Shown here piece by piece: positions 9,867-21,137 of a DNA stretch of 64,000 nucleotides (the first letter of the stretch is position 1; each line of letters starts with the position of its first letter). Made by a program: the position numbers and the translations under genes. The notes under the pieces were generated by a model, which saw only the letters and a program-made list of their open reading frames with translations, made no database searches and had not been told where the DNA came from. The stretch is from Patescibacteria group bacterium (lineage in GTDB: Bacteria > Patescibacteriota > UBA1384 > UBA12157 > JAENIV01). The DNA lies in the NCBI GenBank assembly GCA_041666185.1, contig JBAYHL010000001.1, positions 69,073 to 133,072 of the forward strand, written 5' to 3'.

Positions 9867-10856
9867 ATGAGTGAATTTGGTCCATCACCACAATCAGAAG
9901 AAGAAAAAGAAGAACAAGGTGTTTCTCTAGCAAAGGAAATAGCTGATCTTAGAAGTGGTGCCCAAACAGATGAAGATTATGAAAATATTTTGCGTAAAAC
10001 CAAAGTGCTAAAAGAACTGTTTGGGATTTCTTCATGGGATACTGCTTCAGATGAAACTAAATTATCAGGCGAAATAGCTGAACAAATTGAAAGAGCTAAA
10101 GAAATATTAGGAAGTGATGTTTTTGGGCCAGATGCAGTAAAAGAAGCCTTTGGCACTGCAATTGAATTAGGCAGTATTCCCTCGATTCCATTTTCAGTAA
10201 ATGAACTTGAAAGAGCAAAAGAACTCGGCCAGATGCTCATTTTGAGAGCCGGCAAATTGTCTGATGGAAGCAAACTAAATATGAAAAAGATCGGTGAAAT
10301 TTTGGGTGGTAAAGTTAAAGATGAGGGTAAGGTTTTTTATAATCCCGATTGGTACAAAGATGAAAAATTTTTTACAGACGATGCTGTTGAAACCGGTTGG
10401 GCATTGGTCTCTAAAGGGTTAGTATCTGATTCTGTCAATAAAAACTATTTTGAACAAACCGGACTCTTAATCGATCAACTTAATCAGTCTTTTAATGGTG
10501 CTGAAAACTTACCAGAAGAGTATGTTGAGGCAGTGAAAGAATATGCTTTTGCTATGGACGAGATCGCGGAATTAATTGATACTGATTGGCAAAAAGCGGC
10601 TGAGAAATTAGAAGGCCTGGAGATTAATCAATTATTACGTCAATCTCCATCCGAAGCGCTATATGACTTAATTCTCTATTTTCAAAACACAGGGAAAAGA
10701 TTGCTTGGCGATAAATATACTTGGACTAAGCGCCGTAATTCCGATGGCCGCCTGGTCTATGTTGGCTACTTCGAGTCCGCTGGTGTCAGCGTCGGCAGGT
10801 ACAGGCCTGGCTATTCGCGTGGCGATCTTGGCGTTTCTTTCTCCCGCAGTCGTTGA
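9867..10856 (+). CDS. DGR target 2: stand-alone paralogue of the C-terminal domain of 7651..9783 (probably C-type lectin fold)
   Basis: shares AKEI.G.D..GP, PSIPFS..ELE.A.EL.QMLILR, DWYKDE.F and YTWTKRR blocks with target 1; ends in VR2. Confidence 0.9.
   Translation: MSEFGPSPQSEEEKEEQGVSLAKEIADLRSGAQTDEDYENILRKTKVLKELFGISSWDTASDETKLSGEIAEQIERAKEILGSDVFGPDAVKEAFGTAIELGSIPSIPFSVNELERAKELGQMLILRAGKLSDGSKLNMKKIGEILGGKVKDEGKVFYNPDWYKDEKFFTDDAVETGWALVSKGLVSDSVNKNYFEQTGLLIDQLNQSFNGAENLPEEYVEAVKEYAFAMDEIAELIDTDWQKAAEKLEGLEINQLLRQSPSEALYDLILYFQNTGKRLLGDKYTWTKRRNSDGRLVYVGYFESAGVSVGRYRPGYSRGDLGVSFSRSR
10731..10850 (+). repeat. DGR variable repeat VR2
   Basis: 120-nt ungapped alignment to TR: 16 mismatches, all at TR adenines. 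Confidence 0.95.
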
Positions 10857-10879
10857 GTCTTTGAGCCTTGAACTCTGAA

Positions 10880-10904
10880 ACTTTGATTCCGCCGAAGGCG
10901 GTCG
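10880..10904 (+). promoter_or_regulatory. post-VR2 target-recognition hairpin
   Basis: 25-nt identity with 9807-9831, CCGCC-GAA-GGCGG. Confidence 0.8.
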
Positions 10905-10925
10905 GTATTTTTTTGTGCTCTTGGA

Positions 10926-10954
10926 TTGCTAAAACTCGGTTGCTATGTTACTAT
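10926..10954 (+). promoter_or_regulatory. sigma70-type promoter for GIY-YIG/TR transcript
   Basis: TTGCTA-N17-TACTAT with extended -10 TG. Confidence 0.55.
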
Positions 10955-11050
10955 TGATTTCGGGCTTATGAAGTTAAGTTCAAGGATTTAACTCGCCTAT
11001 TAATAGACTGCTTACACTTTTCTGGCCCCTTATTTGTTATTTTCTAAACT

Positions 11051-11335
11051 ATGTATTATGTTTATGTTTTAAAAAGCCAGAAAGACAAGCGCCTTCACAT
11101 CGGTTACACAAATGACTTACGCCGTTGTATGGAAGCGCATCGTGATGGCAAAATTGCTGCTACAAAAGATAGAATGCCGCTTGAGCTAGTTTATTACGAA
11201 GCGTACAAGTCGGTCACTGACGCGAGAAAAAGAGAGAAGGATTTGAAATTATTCGGCAGTTCTTATTCTCGTCTCAAAAGAAAAATTAATAATAGCATCA
11301 AAGACAAGATTAAAACTAGTGAAGATACTAAATAA
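11051..11335 (+). CDS. small GIY-YIG nuclease
   Basis: YYVYVLKS..LHIGYTNDLRR..H..LVYYEAY..ARKREK.LK. Confidence 0.9.
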   Translation: MYYVYVLKSQKDKRLHIGYTNDLRRCMEAHRDGKIAATKDRMPLELVYYEAYKSVTDARKREKDLKLFGSSYSRLKRKINNSIKDKIKTSEDTK

Positions 11336-11430
11336 GGGGCACATACTTATACAAGCGATTGTCTTTCGCCGGTGATTTGGTTTTAGAGCGAATTACAAAG
11401 CTAGTGCATTGATGGAAAAGTGTAAAGAAA

Positions 11431-11553
11431 CGCCGTAATTCCGATGGCAACCTGGTCTATGTTGGCAACTTCAAGTCCGATGGTGTCAACGTCAACAGGA
11501 ACAGGCCTGACAATTCGAATGACAATCTTGGCGTTTCTTTCTCCCGAAGTCTA
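11431..11553 (+). repeat. DGR template repeat (TR)
   Basis: AAC/AAT-rich (9 AAY codons in VR frame), non-coding, matches both VRs except at A. Confidence 0.95.
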
Positions 11554-11557
11554 AAAA

Positions 11558-11595
11558 CAAAAAGGGCTGTCTTGCTAAGAGGACGACCCTTTTTG
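11558..11595. terminator. hairpin after TR; bidirectional terminator or DGR spacer structure
   Basis: CAAAAAGGG..CCCTTTTTG between convergent TR and avd. Confidence 0.55.
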
Positions 11596-11924
11596 CTCTA
11601 TATGTTCTAATTTTTTGTAGTTTTTATCCAGCCACCAAGCATTTTACCGATCTCAATTAAAGGCTCGGAAAGTCGTAAAAATTTTTTGTTATCAATTGCC
11701 TTGATATCAAGCAATGCCTTAATTAAAGTTTGCAATATTTTAAGTTTTGTATCGACGGATTGTAAAACGGCGAGACGATTTTGCCCGTATTTTGCGTTTG
11801 CTTCATACAGCATTTCTAAAATATTTAAAGCTGTATTTTCGCATTTGGCCCCAATTGTATACCTATCCTTCTTAGGAATAGTCTCAATAGTGCTGTATAA
11901 ACACAAGTAAAATTGGTAGGTTTT

Positions 11925-13053
<1,129 letters not shown>

Positions 13054-13108
13054 GTACATGATTTAATATTATCGGTCTCTTATAGTAATAAATGTTTAGT
13101 GAAGTTGG

Positions 13109-13429
13109 TTAATTTTCCCCAAAAATCAATTTCATGCATTTGTCATGTTCTTCCTCATAAGTTTTTTCATCAAGAAAATCATTGTCTCTTAAATACGTCA
13201 GAGCGTTTGGAAATATTGCTTGTAATCCTTTGCGGGTGTCTGCTTTTGGATATTTTCTGATTAAAACTTCTATGCGTTCAGATAAATTCTTCTCGCGCGA
13301 TAACGGCGATCGCTCAAAAAATAATTGTTCAAATAAAAAAGATTCGGGAAATTTTTTACTATTCGCTCCGAGTATTTTTTCTTTCCATTGATTCAATTGT
13401 TGTTGGTCTAATTGTGGTATTTCTTTCAT
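13109..13429 (-). CDS. hypothetical protein
   Basis: 106-aa ORF convergent with RT. Confidence 0.5.
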   Translation of the reverse strand: MKEIPQLDQQQLNQWKEKILGANSKKFPESFLFEQLFFERSPLSREKNLSERIEVLIRKYPKADTRKGLQAIFPNALTYLRDNDFLDEKTYEEEHDKCMKLIFGEN

Positions 13430-13635
13430 AGTTTCTTTTCATTTATAGTCCAATTAATTAAATCGGGCAATACAAAAATTTTTGCAAACTGTTTGTTCTT
13501 TGAATCAAAATCACCCCTCTTTCTTATTTTAATACGGAAAGTATAATTACCAATAGACCAAGTGATTAATGTTATTGCTGTTTATTATTGTTGAATAAAT
13601 TCTACAATAATGTTAAAAAATTAACAAAGGATATA

Positions 13636-14733
13636 ATGCGGAAAGATTCTGTTAATAACCTGAAAAATAAAAGAGAGCATATAAGCAAACGACTCCGTTT
13701 TAAAATTTTTGAACGAGATCAATTTAAGTGTGTTTATTGTGGTAGTGGCATCGAAATGGGTTTAACTCTTCACATTGACCATATAATTCCTGTTTCTAAA
13801 GGCGGAACTAATGAGGAAGCCAATTTAGTCACAGCCTGCGACCAATGTAATCTTGGTAAAGGAGCAAAAATAATTGGAGCGGATAAAATTCCTAACATTA
13901 AAGAAGTAAATGAAGCGCTAACAAAAGAAATTAAACTGAATACAGAGCGAAGGGAACAACTTAAACAATATTATCATTATAAAGAAAAACTCCAGAATAT
14001 AAAGAATCCAGAACAAGATGCGTTCAATGATATTTTAAAGAGAAGGCTTGGCTACTCCTTAACTTCTGTCGAGTTTAAACAATTTAAAAGGCTGCATGAT
14101 AAATGTGGCTTGGATCTTGTCATTGAAGGAATTGGAATTGTTGCCGAGAAAGACAGAGACTGGGCATCTTCCGAGCAGAAGCACAGATACCTCTGTGGAG
14201 TTTTATATAATTTATTTCGCGAGAAAACTGATCCGCTCTACAATCCTGAAAGAGAGGTTAAATATTATTATCTTAATCACAAAAATAACAGCGGCAGCGT
14301 ATATTATGTGGATTGGAAAATTAAGCCATATATCCAGAAACTAGAGCTTCCTAAGATAAAAGAGTTAATAGACGACACATTTTCAGAAGGGAGAGATGGC
14401 TATTTTAGGTACTTTATTGAACAGTGTAAGGATGCTCTCTTGTTAATTGAAGAAGAGAAGAAAGCTAAGGAATTTTATCTAACTCATCCAAATAAAATCC
14501 AGGATGATATTTATAACAGTGATAAAATTAGGTATTTTATTGAGATTTTAGGATTAGATCGTGTGTTGGAATTAATGGGACAGGCCCTAAAGGATTATGA
14601 AACCCCGGAAGTCAGAAATCATATTCAAGTCAACCATGATGGCAAGCCCTTTAATTACTTAATGGAAACGTGCGAGATATTTGAATGGGATGAGATAGAA
14701 AAGAAAAATGGCAGAGTCGGAATCCCATTCTAA
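13636..14733 (+). CDS. HNH endonuclease with long C-terminal extension
   Basis: RDQFKCVYCG..HIDHIIPVSKGG..NLVTACDQCN. Confidence 0.85.
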   Translation: MRKDSVNNLKNKREHISKRLRFKIFERDQFKCVYCGSGIEMGLTLHIDHIIPVSKGGTNEEANLVTACDQCNLGKGAKIIGADKIPNIKEVNEALTKEIKLNTERREQLKQYYHYKEKLQNIKNPEQDAFNDILKRRLGYSLTSVEFKQFKRLHDKCGLDLVIEGIGIVAEKDRDWASSEQKHRYLCGVLYNLFREKTDPLYNPEREVKYYYLNHKNNSGSVYYVDWKIKPYIQKLELPKIKELIDDTFSEGRDGYFRYFIEQCKDALLLIEEEKKAKEFYLTHPNKIQDDIYNSDKIRYFIEILGLDRVLELMGQALKDYETPEVRNHIQVNHDGKPFNYLMETCEIFEWDEIEKKNGRVGIPF

Positions 14734-15461
14734 ATAAATTGCTTTATTATATTCATTATTATTCTAATGCCCTTCAACCCTAATATCATAATCCTGAAGT
14801 TTAAAATAAACCACCATCCTAGCACAGGCAAAACAAAACCAGTGAAAAATGCCCGTACTTTCAGCTTACTGCATTGCTTAGAGTTGACAACAAGGCTTCG
14901 ATGCATTCGCTCGTATTTGTCTTTATAACCTTCAGCGAGCTTTTTGTTTGCGCCAAGGTAAGCCATTACTTCCTTAGCTGCTTTCTCGTCGAAAGTCCTT
15001 CTCATCATTTCCCGACTGTTTCTCTGCGAAAGGATATTTAAGCTCCCTTCCCAAAGTATTTTTCGATCAATGATCGCCACCTTTTCATGAATCGACCCTT
15101 GGAGATAGAAAATGCAGGCTCCCATCTCCTCATAATCTTTTAAAGCGCATTGGATTTCTGCTCTCATAAAATACTCGTGCTCTTCGATCGGTCTGGTGAA
15201 TATAAAGACTGCGATATTTCTTCGTCTAAGCTTATTGAGCGTATCGCTGAAAAAATCTGAACGAAATTTTGAGATGAAAGGGCTGTAAATAATGAGTTCT
15301 TTTTCGGCATTCAGCATATCTTTGATGAATGATCGGTAAAATGTCTTTTCATTATATAAAGAGATGGCGGTTTTTGATTTTTCTTTTCCTCTTTGCTGTT
15401 CGGCCTGGATCATAGCGTCTCTATGCTTTAAGTAATCTTTGAACGATGGGTTTTTGTACAT
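14730..15461 (-). CDS. phospholipase D-like (HKD) domain protein with C-terminal hydrophobic tail
   Basis: IIYSPFI..HEKVAIID..WEGSLN. Confidence 0.8.
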   Translation of the reverse strand: MYKNPSFKDYLKHRDAMIQAEQQRGKEKSKTAISLYNEKTFYRSFIKDMLNAEKELIIYSPFISKFRSDFFSDTLNKLRRRNIAVFIFTRPIEEHEYFMRAEIQCALKDYEEMGACIFYLQGSIHEKVAIIDRKILWEGSLNILSQRNSREMMRRTFDEKAAKEVMAYLGANKKLAEGYKDKYERMHRSLVVNSKQCSKLKVRAFFTGFVLPVLGWWFILNFRIMILGLKGIRIIMNIIKQFI

Positions 15462-15510
15462 ATTCCTCCTTACATTGTGGTTATTTTATTGTTTGTGTTA
15501 TACTCGGTTT

Positions 15511-15711
15511 ATGAATGAACAAGAAACAAAAGACATATTTATCAATCCATTTTATGCAATTAATATCTCGCCATCCCTTTTGACAGAGCATGAACCGATG
15601 GTTTCTAAAGAAAAGTGGGTCAAAGTGAACGCTAAATTGATTGATGAACTTGGTAAAGAAGAATGGCTTAAGCAGTTGCTTTCAGTTTTAGAATCCGGAT
15701 CTGTTAAATAG
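15511..15711 (+). CDS. small hypothetical protein
   Basis: TGT-TATACT-N6-ATG leaderless-type start; NPFYAI motif. Confidence 0.55.
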   Translation: MNEQETKDIFINPFYAINISPSLLTEHEPMVSKEKWVKVNAKLIDELGKEEWLKQLLSVLESGSVK

Positions 15712-15795
15712 CTTCGTTGTACTGGTATTTTGTCGCAATGAGATTGATTTTAATTGTATTAAAGGGTTTTATTAACCGAGAATAGGAGAAGTGTA

Positions 15796-16113
15796 ATGAA
15801 ATACATTTTAGTCACTACGACACTTGGCTTCAAAGGAGACGCTGACATGTTAGCGCAAACCGTTATGGAAAAGAAATTGGGTACTTGTTGTCAAATCGAC
15901 AAGGTTGAAAGTTCTTATCTATCGAAAGGAAAAATCGAGAACAAAGGGGCTGGTGAAGTTAGGATGAGCATCATAACAAAAGCAAATCTGTACAAAGAGT
16001 TGGAAACTCTTATTATAAATGACAATGTGAACGAAATTCCAGAAATAATAGCCGTGCCAATTATTGATGGCTCTACTCAATATCTAAATTGTATAGAAAG
16101 CGAACTTAAATAG
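15796..16113 (+). CDS. cutA: divalent-cation tolerance protein CutA family
   Basis: EKKLGTCCQI..S.Y..GKIE..E..EIPEIIAVPI..G..Y. Confidence 0.75.
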   Translation: MKYILVTTTLGFKGDADMLAQTVMEKKLGTCCQIDKVESSYLSKGKIENKGAGEVRMSIITKANLYKELETLIINDNVNEIPEIIAVPIIDGSTQYLNCIESELK

Positions 16114-16233
16114 TATCATTCGGCATAAAGTTATTTACCACTAGATCAAGTTTCAGTTCTATAATCCGGCTCTGAAAAACAACTTCTCTCTTAAATACTG
16201 GTATTTTGACTTAAAATCTGTTATATTTTTGTC

Positions 16234-16449
16234 ATGAATCATGATGCTGATAAAATTCTTAAGGATTTAGGTGAAAACCTGAGGACACAGAGGGAAAAGT
16301 CTCACTTAACTCAGTCTGAAGTTGCAACTAGAGCGGGCATAGATGTAAATTACTATGCTCGGATTGAACGAGGGTTGGGAAACCCCTCTTATGTTAAATT
16401 GCACAGTATCATGAAAGCCCTGAAGATGGCGTCGCTAAAAGTACAGTAG
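16234..16449 (+). CDS. XRE family HTH regulator
   Basis: LTQSEVATRAGIDVNYYARIERGLGNPS. Confidence 0.9.
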   Translation: MNHDADKILKDLGENLRTQREKSHLTQSEVATRAGIDVNYYARIERGLGNPSYVKLHSIMKALKMASLKVQ

Positions 16450-16566
16450 TTATTCTACTGTTTGATATACTTTCATAATCTGGTCAACCCAGCTTAAAAG
16501 GTGTTCAAAATAACTTGCATCAGGGCGACCAAATATAATCATTAAAATATAGTAAGAGGAGGAAAG

Positions 16567-16821
16567 ATGAAAAAAGAGTTTAGTGCTCAAGAAGCCAAAG
16601 AAATTGGCGGACAATTAGGAATTGATTGGAGCAAATTTAACATCGAACAATTTAGAATGGGTCTCGATGTTGAATTAGAACATGGCTTAGTCGATCCTCA
16701 CACTAATGTTACTAACGACGACCCAATAATGACTGGCAAGATTGCTCTCGCCCATTTAAATGAGTTTGCTGATTATTATACCAGACTTAGCAAAATGGAA
16801 AAAGAAGCCGAAGCAAAATAG
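16567..16821 (+). CDS. DUF5661-like protein
   Basis: GLDVELEHG..KIALAHLNEFADYYTRL. Confidence 0.75.
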   Translation: MKKEFSAQEAKEIGGQLGIDWSKFNIEQFRMGLDVELEHGLVDPHTNVTNDDPIMTGKIALAHLNEFADYYTRLSKMEKEAEAK

Positions 16822-16827
16822 CTCGAA

Positions 16828-18318
16828 TTACTTCGCAAATTCAATTGCCCTAGTCTCACGGATAACATTGACTTTAATTGTTCCAGGATATTGAAGATCT
16901 TCTTCAATTTTTTTAGCAATATCTTTAGAAAGTTTAATCGCTGTTAAATCATCGATCTCTTCTGGCTTAACAATAATTCTTACTTCTCTACCAGCTTGAA
17001 TCGCGTAAGATTTTTCCACACCAGAAAATGAATTGGCAATATTTTCTAATTCAGTTAGACGTTTAACATAGCTCTCTAATGTTTCTCTTCTAGCGCCAGG
17101 CCTTGAAGATGAGATTGCATCAGCGGCTTTAACGATAATTGCCTCAACACTCTTTGGTTCAATATCATCATGATGAGAAGCAATTGCGTCGCAAATACCT
17201 TCAGAAATACCATATTTTTTACAAATATCAACACTAATGTGATGATGCGCACCAGGAACTTCATGGTCAACCGCTTTACCAATGTCATGCAAAAGCGAAG
17301 CTTTTTTAGCTAAATTAACATCAGCTCCTAATTCCGAAGCCAGCATGCTCGCGATAAAGGCTGATTCAATTGAATGTTGTAAAACATTTTGACCATACGA
17401 TGTTCGAAATTTCAATCGGCCCAAAATTTTTAATAAGTCTGGATGAAGACCAGCAACACCAACTTCGTACGCCGCCTGTTCTCCAGCTTCTTTTATTTCC
17501 TGACCAATTTCTTCTTTAGCTTTTTTAACCACTTCTTCGATTCTTGTAGGATGAATGCGACCATCGGCAATTAATTTCTCTAAAGCCACTTTGGCAACAT
17601 GACGACGAATCGGATCAAAAGCAGAAATTACTACTGTATCAGGCGTATCATCAATAATTAAATCTGTACCAGTTTCCTTTTCAAAAATTTGAATATTACG
17701 GCCTTCACGACCAATAATTCTTCCCTTCATTTCATCAGATGGTAAGCTAACGGCCGTCGTAGTAGTTTCAACCGTGTGATCAGAAGACAACCTTTGAATC
17801 ACAGTTGAAAGTATTTCGCGAGCAGCTGCTTGAGCTTCTTCTCTCGCAATTTCTTTTTGTTCTTTAATTTTCCTAATTAAATCTTCTTTGTATTCTTTTT
17901 CAATCTGATCAAGAAGAATTTTTAAAGCATCGTCTTTACTAAGCTTGGTGATCTTTTCCAAAGCTTTTCGTTGGTGATCTTTAATCTCAGCAATTTCTTG
18001 TTTAATTTTTTCGATTTCTTTTTCCTTAGTAACAATGTTGTTTTTTTCTGTTTCTAGTGATTCTAATCGCTTATCAAACATTTCCTCGCGACGGCGAAGA
18101 TTTTTTTCTAGATCTTGTAAATCCCTACGAGCTCTTTCTTCTTCTTTTTTTGCTTCTTCCTTAATCTTTAAAGCTTCGTCTTTAGCCTTAAGTAGTAGTT
18201 CTTTTTGTTTTTGTTCCTGACTTTCGTATTTCTTTCGAGCAATAAAAATTCTTGCCGTATAACCAATCGCTCCCCCACCGACTACGGCAGCAGCCAAATA
18301 AATAATTAAATTGTACAT
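16828..18318 (-). CDS. rny: ribonuclease Y
   Basis: N-terminal TM, coiled coil, KH ([13 protein letters not shown]), HD (LLHDIGKA). Confidence 0.97.
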   Translation of the reverse strand: MYNLIIYLAAAVVGGGAIGYTARIFIARKKYESQEQKQKELLLKAKDEALKIKEEAKKEEERARRDLQDLEKNLRRREEMFDKRLESLETEKNNIVTKEKEIEKIKQEIAEIKDHQRKALEKITKLSKDDALKILLDQIEKEYKEDLIRKIKEQKEIAREEAQAAAREILSTVIQRLSSDHTVETTTTAVSLPSDEMKGRIIGREGRNIQIFEKETGTDLIIDDTPDTVVISAFDPIRRHVAKVALEKLIADGRIHPTRIEEVVKKAKEEIGQEIKEAGEQAAYEVGVAGLHPDLLKILGRLKFRTSYGQNVLQHSIESAFIASMLASELGADVNLAKKASLLHDIGKAVDHEVPGAHHHISVDICKKYGISEGICDAIASHHDDIEPKSVEAIIVKAADAISSSRPGARRETLESYVKRLTELENIANSFSGVEKSYAIQAGREVRIIVKPEEIDDLTAIKLSKDIAKKIEEDLQYPGTIKVNVIRETRAIEFAK

Positions 18319-18426
18319 TGTAATATTTCTCCATAAACTATTCTGCGACTTGTCGCAGAATATCTCTGCGAGCAAGTTTGTATTAATATCTCCATTTGAT
18401 ATTTTAGCAAATTTTCTGCCTAAAAG

Positions 18427-19191
18427 TCAATTTTTAAAAACTAGCATTGTTTTTTGACCGTCTTCGATAGTTTCTGGATTACCTGTCCAATCATGAATAG
18501 CGTTATATAAAATTTTTTCATTATATCTATAATGATCACCGTTTCTTGTGCCAACATCTTGGACAATAATTGTATCGCTGTCATAACCAATAGCAACCAC
18601 CATGTGATAAACAGGACCAGGACTACGAAAGTTAGGATTACCTAAAAGCCTACCAGCAGTAGGAATAATTACTGGATAGCCATTAACAATTTCTTTTTTA
18701 ACATCTTCGATTGTAATGTCATTTTTAATTTCAAAGTTTTGGTCTCCATAAAAACTTTTCGCTAAACTACCGGTTTCTTTAACTGTTAAATCTTTATGGC
18801 TTCCCCAATTTTCTATTTCCCAATTAACCATTTTCTGAATTTGGTCCTCCATTTCTTGCACTGAGACATCTTTATTATTTAGGTAATAATGAGTTAAAAT
18901 TAAAGACGCCTCTTCGCAAGCTTCATCATGCAACTCATCCCAATTAGCATCAGGTGCTTGAGATTGAAAAGGAAAATTTTCAATTAAATAAGAATTGGGA
19001 GTCTGTGTTGACGTTGGTGTTGGTAAAGCACTTGAAGGAAGCGAAGCCGAAGGTGACGAACTTATTTTGACTGTCAGTGTTGAAGCAGGAGTCACATTAG
19101 AAAGATTTTTAGAATACTTAACATTTACAAAAGCACCAATTGCCAAAACTATTACGAACGAAAATAATAAATAGAAAAATCTTTTATTCAT
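18427..19191 (-). CDS. C39-like cysteine peptidase, membrane anchored
   Basis: Q..ACEEAS..HMVVAIGYD..VQD. Confidence 0.75.
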   Translation of the reverse strand: MNKRFFYLLFSFVIVLAIGAFVNVKYSKNLSNVTPASTLTVKISSSPSASLPSSALPTPTSTQTPNSYLIENFPFQSQAPDANWDELHDEACEEASLILTHYYLNNKDVSVQEMEDQIQKMVNWEIENWGSHKDLTVKETGSLAKSFYGDQNFEIKNDITIEDVKKEIVNGYPVIIPTAGRLLGNPNFRSPGPVYHMVVAIGYDSDTIIVQDVGTRNGDHYRYNEKILYNAIHDWTGNPETIEDGQKTMLVFKN

Positions 19192-19315
19192 AAGCGTATT
19201 TTACCAAGAAACTGAAATTTATGGAATAGCGATTGACAAACACGTAAAAAAAGGGTAAAATCTATAGGTTGTATTAAAAATTAAAAAACATAAAGAAAAA
19301 GATAAACAAAAGAAA

Positions 19316-21124
19316 ATGGAAATTAGAAACATTGCCATTATCGCTCACGTTGATCATGGCAAGACCACCTTAGTTGATGGTCTTTTAAAACAATCTAAAA
19401 CTTTTAGAGAAAACGAAGCGGAAATGTCGCAAGATTTGATAATGGACTCAAATGCTCAAGAACGCGAACGGGGCATTACTATTTTGGCGAAAAACACGGC
19501 CATTAATTACAAGGATGTCAAAATAAACATTATCGATACCCCAGGCCACGCTGATTTTGGCGGTGAAGTGGAAAGAACTTTGAATATGGCTGACGGCGCC
19601 CTTCTTTTGATTGATGCTCAAGAAGGACCAATGCCGCAAACAAAATTTGTTTTGAAAAAAGCTTTGGAAATTGGTCTAAAACCAATTGTAGTCATTAATA
19701 AAATTGACAAAAAAGATGCTCACATTCAAGATACTATTAATAAGACTTGTGATTTATTTTTAGATTTGGCTACCGAAGATTTCCATCTAGATTTCCCCAT
19801 TTATTTTTGTATTAGCCGCGAAGGCAAAGCTTGGTCAGAAATGCCTAATGATACCTCAAAACCAGCCGATTTAACCCCAATTTTTGAGGCGATTTTAAAA
19901 TATGTTCCCGCTCCTCAAGTCGAAGAAAACAAACCATTTCAAATGCAAATCAGCACTTTAGATTGGGATAGTTTCAAAGGAAAATATATTATTGGCCGCA
20001 TTAAAAGAGGCACGGCTAAAGTAGGTTTAAATATTGCGATTTTAAACGAAGACGGAATTAAAGAAACCGGCCGAATTGAAAATATTTACACTAATCAAGG
20101 ACTTAAAAAAATTGAAATCGTGCAAGCTCAAGCCGGCGACATTGTTTCCCTTACCGGTTTTAGTAAAGCCGGTATTGGCGATACTGCTAGCGATATTCAA
20201 AGTCCTGAAGCACTCCCATCTATGGCTATTGAAGAGCCAACTTTAAAAATTGCAGTGTCTGCCAATACTTCACCTTTCGCCGGCAAAGAAGGCAAATTTG
20301 TTACTAGCCGACAAATTTTAGAAAGAATCAAAAAAGAACTCCAAACAAATGTTTCTCTTAGACTTGAAGAAAGAGATAGCGAATTTATTTTATCTGGTCG
20401 TGGCGAACTTCATCTTTCTGTTTTTGTTGAAACTTTAAGACGAGAAGATTACGAACTACAAGTTAGCAAACCCCAAGTTATTACCAAAGTTATTGATGGT
20501 GTCCTTTCGGAACCAATTGAAGAATTAACTGTTGATGTCGATGAAGATAAAGTTGGCGCCGTTAACTCGGAGGTTGGCCGCCGCAAAGGAATTTTAATCC
20601 ATCAAGAAGAAAATAATGACAAAACTGCCAGACTGGTTTTTGAAATCAGTACCCGCGGACTTTTGGGACTGCGAAACCAACTTTTGACCTTAACTAAAGG
20701 AACTGCTGTTATGAACTCTATTTTCTTACGCTTCGAACCAATCGGCACCCCAATTCCTAAATTGCGAAATGGAGTCTTGATTGCTTCAGAAACCGGTAAG
20801 GCCTTAACATATGGTTTAGATATTGCTCAAGGTCGCGGCATCACTTTTATTCATCCTCAAACCGAGGTTTATAAAGGCATGATTATTGGCTTAAATCAGC
20901 GCAATGAAGATATCGAAATTAATGTAACTAAAGAAAAAAAACAAACCAATGTGCGCGCGTCTAACTCTGACTTTTCCACCATTTTAACTCCTCCGACTAT
21001 TTTTAGTTTGGAACAATGTTTAGACTTTTTAGAAGACGATGAGCTTTTAGAACTCACACCAAAAAATTTACGACTTCGAAAAAAGATTTTAGACCCAAAC
21101 TTGCGCGCAAGAACAAAAAAGTAA
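19316..21124 (+). CDS. typA: translational GTPase TypA/BipA
   Basis: [31 protein letters not shown], conserved C-terminus. Confidence 0.97.
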   Translation: MEIRNIAIIAHVDHGKTTLVDGLLKQSKTFRENEAEMSQDLIMDSNAQERERGITILAKNTAINYKDVKINIIDTPGHADFGGEVERTLNMADGALLLIDAQEGPMPQTKFVLKKALEIGLKPIVVINKIDKKDAHIQDTINKTCDLFLDLATEDFHLDFPIYFCISREGKAWSEMPNDTSKPADLTPIFEAILKYVPAPQVEENKPFQMQISTLDWDSFKGKYIIGRIKRGTAKVGLNIAILNEDGIKETGRIENIYTNQGLKKIEIVQAQAGDIVSLTGFSKAGIGDTASDIQSPEALPSMAIEEPTLKIAVSANTSPFAGKEGKFVTSRQILERIKKELQTNVSLRLEERDSEFILSGRGELHLSVFVETLRREDYELQVSKPQVITKVIDGVLSEPIEELTVDVDEDKVGAVNSEVGRRKGILIHQEENNDKTARLVFEISTRGLLGLRNQLLTLTKGTAVMNSIFLRFEPIGTPIPKLRNGVLIASETGKALTYGLDIAQGRGITFIHPQTEVYKGMIIGLNQRNEDIEINVTKEKKQTNVRASNSDFSTILTPPTIFSLEQCLDFLEDDELLELTPKNLRLRKKILDPNLRARTKK

Positions 21125-21137
21125 TACAATTAAAAAT

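Noticed and set aside
10960-11430. Group I intron carrying a GIY-YIG homing endonuclease
   Set aside because: No interrupted host gene and no recognisable P7 core; the ORF is the short stand-alone type.
9658-11553. CRISPR array from the three similar repeats
   Set aside because: Repeats are about 120 nt, far apart, two are coding, and they differ at adenines; no CRISPR array was seen in the window.
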